Assembly: GCA_001661245.1 (NCBI GenBank)
Contig: KV454015.1
Coordinates: 1,217,759 to 1,269,836, forward strand
Length of the DNA stretch: 52,078 nt
Direction: 5' to 3'
Source: Pachysolen tannophilus NRRL Y-2460
Taxonomy: Eukaryota
Positions 47,903-52,078 of the stretch are shown here, piece after piece. Numbering within the stretch: position 1 is the stretch's first letter; each line of letters begins with the position of its first letter. Made by a program: the position numbers and the translations under genes. The notes below the pieces were generated by a model. That model was not told the origin of the DNA. It did not search any database and was given only the letters and a program-made list of their open reading frames with translations.

Positions 47903-49180
47903 ATGTCAAATTTAAATGGTTTAGTAGAGGTTACTAAAAAAATTTCAGGATTTGATTTTTTTACATTTTTTATAACTTTACTTGCAATATCATTAGCAAC
48001 TTTATATCTATTACCTATTTTATTAAAATTATTTTATCATTATGATGATATTTATGATTTAGTTAATACTTATAAAGCTTCAAAATTTTTAATTAAATTG
48101 GTTAATTTAAATTATAAAATTAGTTATATTTGCAATTTACTTTTTGTTCAAACTTTGAAAACAATTTTTTTTAATTATGGTGATAATAAAAATTCATATA
48201 GTAGTAATATTCGAATTTCCCTGATTATAATATATCCAATTAAATCTGTTGGTAAAGGTTTAAAGTTACAAAAATGGGTTATTGATAAATATGGATTAAA
48301 ATATGATCGACAATTTTCCTTGGCAATTAAAAATTCAAATACAAATTATTATGAAGCTTTAACTTTGAAAGATAATGTAAAACAATCATTAGTTGAATAT
48401 TCTTTAGAAATAGATGAAAATAATTTAGAATTTTTCGTTATTAGTTATAATTCAAAATTTTTTTTCAAAATTCCTGCTATTATGACAAATGAATTTATTA
48501 AACAAAATGGTGGAATAGAAGTAGATGTTGATATGTGGGGAGTAAAATCTAAAGCTTTAAATTTACAATTTTGTTTACCTGAAAATTTTAAAGAAATAAT
48601 TGGTTTACCAAGAGATTGTACTTTACTTTATAGTTCTATTGGTCATCCAGTTAAAACATGTTCTCCAAAAGTTAAAAAGGAAAATAATAAATTAGATTAT
48701 AGATATTCAAAATTTCAAGATTATTATCCTTTATTATTACTTTCAGAATTAGATTTAAAAAATTTGGAACAAAAATTAATTGAAAATAATTTTTTTGATT
48801 TTAAAATAACTGATTATAGCTTTAGACCAAATTTAATAGTTGATGGAATTGATTTAAAACCACATGAAGAAGATAATTGGTATAAATTTCAAATGATAAA
48901 TCATAAAAATTTAAAAGAAAAACATTTATTTAGAACTTCGACAAAATGTGCTCGTTGTACTGTACCAAATATTAATTTTGAAAAAGATAATGCAAAGATG
49001 GATAAGAAATCACCAGTATCGAAAACTTTAAGTAAATATAGAAGAGTTGATATTGGTAGTAAGTATAATGCCTTTTTCGGAATATACTGTGTTAATTATG
49101 ATGATAATTTTGAAATTAATGTGGGTGACTATATCGAGGTACTAGAAAGAAAAGTTAATATTTTCGAAGATCCTTCTTAA
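47903..49180 (+). CDS. MOSC-domain protein (mARC-like molybdoenzyme) with N-terminal membrane anchor
   Basis: MOSC_N barrel IYPIKS and YDRQF; MOSC FRPNLIVDG, EEDNW, CARCTVPN, FFG, INVGD; hydrophobic helix at about aa 19-43. Confidence 0.85.
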   Translation: MSNLNGLVEVTKKISGFDFFTFFITLLAISLATLYLLPILLKLFYHYDDIYDLVNTYKASKFLIKLVNLNYKISYICNLLFVQTLKTIFFNYGDNKNSYSSNIRISLIIIYPIKSVGKGLKLQKWVIDKYGLKYDRQFSLAIKNSNTNYYEALTLKDNVKQSLVEYSLEIDENNLEFFVISYNSKFFFKIPAIMTNEFIKQNGGIEVDVDMWGVKSKALNLQFCLPENFKEIIGLPRDCTLLYSSIGHPVKTCSPKVKKENNKLDYRYSKFQDYYPLLLLSELDLKNLEQKLIENNFFDFKITDYSFRPNLIVDGIDLKPHEEDNWYKFQMINHKNLKEKHLFRTSTKCARCTVPNINFEKDNAKMDKKSPVSKTLSKYRRVDIGSKYNAFFGIYCVNYDDNFEINVGDYIEVLERKVNIFEDPS

Positions 49181-49244
49181 AAGACATAATATTTATATAA
49201 TATCTCTAATTTATTTATTTATTTATTCAGTTAATTAATTTTGT

Positions 49245-49742
49245 CTATAAGACTTGATATAAAATACTATCACAACTTAGAAAATATTTTAAATTTCCAG
49301 CATCTTTATTAATAGTACTTGTATCTTCTATCTCTTGATCGATTAAAAACCCAGCAAACCCAAGCGGTCCTTTATCACAATCAGAACATATTAATAATCT
49401 TTCAATATATATCTTCTTACCATTATCGTCACCTTGTGTAAATATTATTGGTCTTAAATCTTTATGTTTATCATGTGGTTTTGATACCCCAATATTATCA
49501 AATTTCCAAACATCATCAACAAAATAGAAATTGGATAATTTTTCATCGTTATCCTCTTGTGATATCATTACAGGTGAAGAAAATCGTAATAAATTTGGGG
49601 AACCTTTAATACCTATAGTGGATGTTGTTGATTTTGAATCAATGATCCTAGAGTTGCAATTTTTAAAAGGGCACCGTATCACAAAACTTTCATTTCTCAA
49701 GTCCAGCAACTCTGGATACTTTATGAGCTCCATTCCCAGCAT
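49245..49742 (-). CDS. DSS4: Mss4/Dss4-family Rab (Sec4) nucleotide release factor
   Basis: RCPFKNCNSRII, VDDVWKFDNIGVSKP and LICSDCDKGPLGF (Zn-binding Cys pairs). Adjacent to TIF6 as in S. cerevisiae. Confidence 0.87.
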   Translation of the reverse strand: MLGMELIKYPELLDLRNESFVIRCPFKNCNSRIIDSKSTTSTIGIKGSPNLLRFSSPVMISQEDNDEKLSNFYFVDDVWKFDNIGVSKPHDKHKDLRPIIFTQGDDNGKKIYIERLLICSDCDKGPLGFAGFLIDQEIEDTSTINKDAGNLKYFLSCDSILYQVL

Positions 49743-50062
49743 TTTCCTAAATTATTTTAATCTTCTTTTATATATTAAAACCCATTTATAAATCAGCTTT
49801 CAACTTTTAAATTTCTAATAATCTATATTATATAATTTAAGACAAGACAAAAAGAAAAAAATAAAAAATTAAAAATTTTTTTTTTTTTTTTTTTCATTTT
49901 CATTTAATCAATCCAAAAGGAGACTTTGGTATAACATTGAACTACGCTAAATTATTAAACAAGTTGTTAACATCTAGTTTAGTGATTTTTATTGCTAGAA
50001 TTTCAAGTAGGTTTAAAAGTAATTAGATTAAAAGGAAAGGGGAAAAAAAAGAAGGATTGAAA

Positions 50063-50902
50063 ATGGCTACAAGAACTCAAGTATGTATGTTACAACATTA
50101 TTATAGATAAATGGATAGATGATTAACTAACAGCAATTTTTTTTTTAAAAAAAATTTTTCTTTTTTTTTTGTATTATTTTAGTTTGAAAATTCTAATGAA
50201 GTGGGTGTTTTTTCCAAGTTAACAAACTCTTACTGTCTTGTTGCAGTTGGTGGTTCTGAAAATTTTTATTCTGCATTTGAAGCTGAATTAGGTGATGTGA
50301 TCCCAATTGTTCATACCACCATTGCAGGTACTCGTATCATTGGAAGAATGACTGCCGGAAACCGTCGTGGGTTATTAGTACCAACTCAAACTACTGACCA
50401 GGAATTAATGCATTTAAGAAATAGTCTTCCTGATTCTGTTAAGATACAGAGAGTTGAAGAAAGATTATCTGCATTAGGAAATGTAATTGTTTGTAATGAT
50501 TATGTTGCTCTTGTGCATCCAGATATTGAAAGAGAAACAGAAGAACTTATTGCAGATGTGTTAGGTGTAGAAGTATTTAGACAAACCATTGCTGGGAATG
50601 TTTTAGTTGGTTCATATTGTTCATTATCTAATCAAGGTGGTTTGGTGCATCCTCTGACTTCTGTTCAAGATCAAGAAGAATTATCATCATTATTACAAGT
50701 ACCCTTAGTTGCAGGTACTGTCAACCGTGGTTCTGCAGTCGTTGGTGCAGGAATGGTTGTTAATGATTGGTTAGCCGTCTCTGGATTAGATACCACTGCA
50801 CCAGAACTTTCAGTTATTGAAAGTATATTCCGTTTACAAGATGCTCAACCTGATGCTATTTCAAATAATTTGCGTGATACACTTATTGAAACATATTCTT
50901 AA
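50063..50902 (+). CDS. TIF6: Translation initiation factor eIF6, one intron
   Basis: Exon 1 50063-50080 (MATRTQ). Intron 50081-50182 (GTATGT...AACTAAC...TAG). Exon 2 50183-50902 ([15 protein letters not shown]...[10 protein letters not shown]). Spliced length 245 aa, the canonical eIF6 length. Confidence 0.98.
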
Positions 50903-51039
50903 AAAAAAAAAGACAATATTATATATTTATATAAATGTATATATGCTGCTAATTTGGAGTTTATGTTGTAGTTATCAATAATCTAATAAATGCATTGGGC
51001 TTGTTGTTTTTTTTTTACTTATTTTTTATATGAGTAAGT

Positions 51040-51797
51040 AAGTAGGTATTTTTGGTCCTGGCTGTTTTTTTTTCTTTGGGCAGACCAGCTGCAAATTGTA
51101 CCGCCGTTTCACCGCCTTAAAACCTTTTTTTTTTTTCCACCTACCTAGTAAAGAAAAAAAAAATTTTTTTTCTTTTTCTTTTTCTTTCTCCTCCTTGTAG
51201 TTTCTATGCGTATCTCCAGCCGACTCAATACTAAAGACCGGAAACCAAAAGGTTATATCCCTTCCAAAAAAGAAGGCTGGAAGCGGAAAGGCTGAAAGAG
51301 AAGACTTCTATTAATCGTCGTGTATAGAAAGAAAAAAAAAGAAAAAAAGGAAAAAAAGAAAGTGAGGTTATGGTACACTGTTCAAGATTATAGTCGCTTT
51401 TCTACTTTTGTAAGTTGTGATAACAAAAACACATACAAATTTCTTTTTTTCAAGATTTGCATTTCTGCGTATTTCTTTTTGCTTGTCTTTAACTTTAAAT
51501 ACTATTTCTTTCTTTGATGGTGATACGGCTAATTTAGTCATCCATCTTTGTTTATTTATTTTTTATTTTCTTTTTTTTGCTTTCTTTTTTAACTGTACAG
51601 CCATAAAAATAGAGATCCAGATTTATTCCTACTTACAACTCCAAAACAAGCGTAAAAAAAAATAATTATTCAAATTTACTAGTTGCCCTATATGTCAACT
51701 GAACAATCAGATATAACCGAAACCAGATCTCACTAAATTAGTGCAAGATCCACTATTATCTCTATAGCTACAATTTTTTTTTTTTTTTTACTAATTA
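51040..51797 (+). ncRNA. Candidate telomerase RNA (TER/TLC1-like); ends approximate
   Basis: No credible ORF. C-rich template-like 17-mer with 6-nt terminal redundancy (51100-51116); several helices found by eye, one with G-U pairs that work only on the + strand; U/A-rich pseudoknot candidates; U-tract then GTATGT (51798), AACTAAC (51838) and TAG (51875). Confidence 0.5.
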
Positions 51798-52035
51798 GTA
51801 TGTTTAATACTAAAAACGCATCGGAGATTTTCACTTCAACTAACTAATAAAAAAAACTATCTTTATGATTGGTATAGATGATAGTTGGCAGTGTTGTCAA
51901 GTTCAATATATCATTCAATGTTAAATGTTCAATATTGTGTGACCGACCAAATTTGAGTTTTGGATTTCAATTTCGACATGGATTCCCAAACCGGGTTTCT
52001 TTGTTTCCTTCCCTGCAGGCTTAAAAAGATATTTT

Positions 52036-52076
<41 letters not shown>

Positions 52077-52078
52077 CG

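Noticed and set aside
51320..51665. 65-aa and 82-aa ORFs downstream of TIF6
   Set aside because: Non-ATG starts and K/F-rich translations of homopolymer tracts; the region is better explained as structured ncRNA.

Overview
AT-rich budding-yeast (Saccharomycotina) chromosomal segment with about 20 intact protein-coding genes and no mobile elements, tRNAs or rRNAs that I can recognise. Gene order: truncated ORF, SRR1-like response regulator, SOL3, PSD2, GCN5, PUP2, LSC2, NOP19, MGA1/SFL2-type HSF factor, PFK1, PHO2-family homeobox, DNF3, EAR1, MLH1, HUL5, CSN12, a divergent Ras GTPase, MNN4/LicD-family protein, MOSC/mARC protein, DSS4, TIF6. Six genes have short 5'-proximal spliceosomal introns missed by the ORF track (seven introns, all phase 0). 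In-frame CTG codons fall at non-Leu conserved positions and fit Ala best, pointing to a CUG-Ala clade yeast (Pachysolen/Nakazawaea-like), so the supplied translations are probably wrong at CTG. The most interesting unannotated element is a ~750-nt structured non-coding region just downstream of TIF6 that has the layout of a yeast telomerase RNA: template-like ACCGCCGTTTCACCGCC predicting a GGCGGTGAAAC repeat, long helical arms, U/A-rich pseudoknot candidates, and a U-tract followed by an intron-like 3' processing signal. Other points: a frameshift in an A11 run inside PSD2, a Ras with a GPPAVGKS P-loop, and a triplicated GCGGTACGC promoter motif. All family assignments come from recognised motifs, not database searches.
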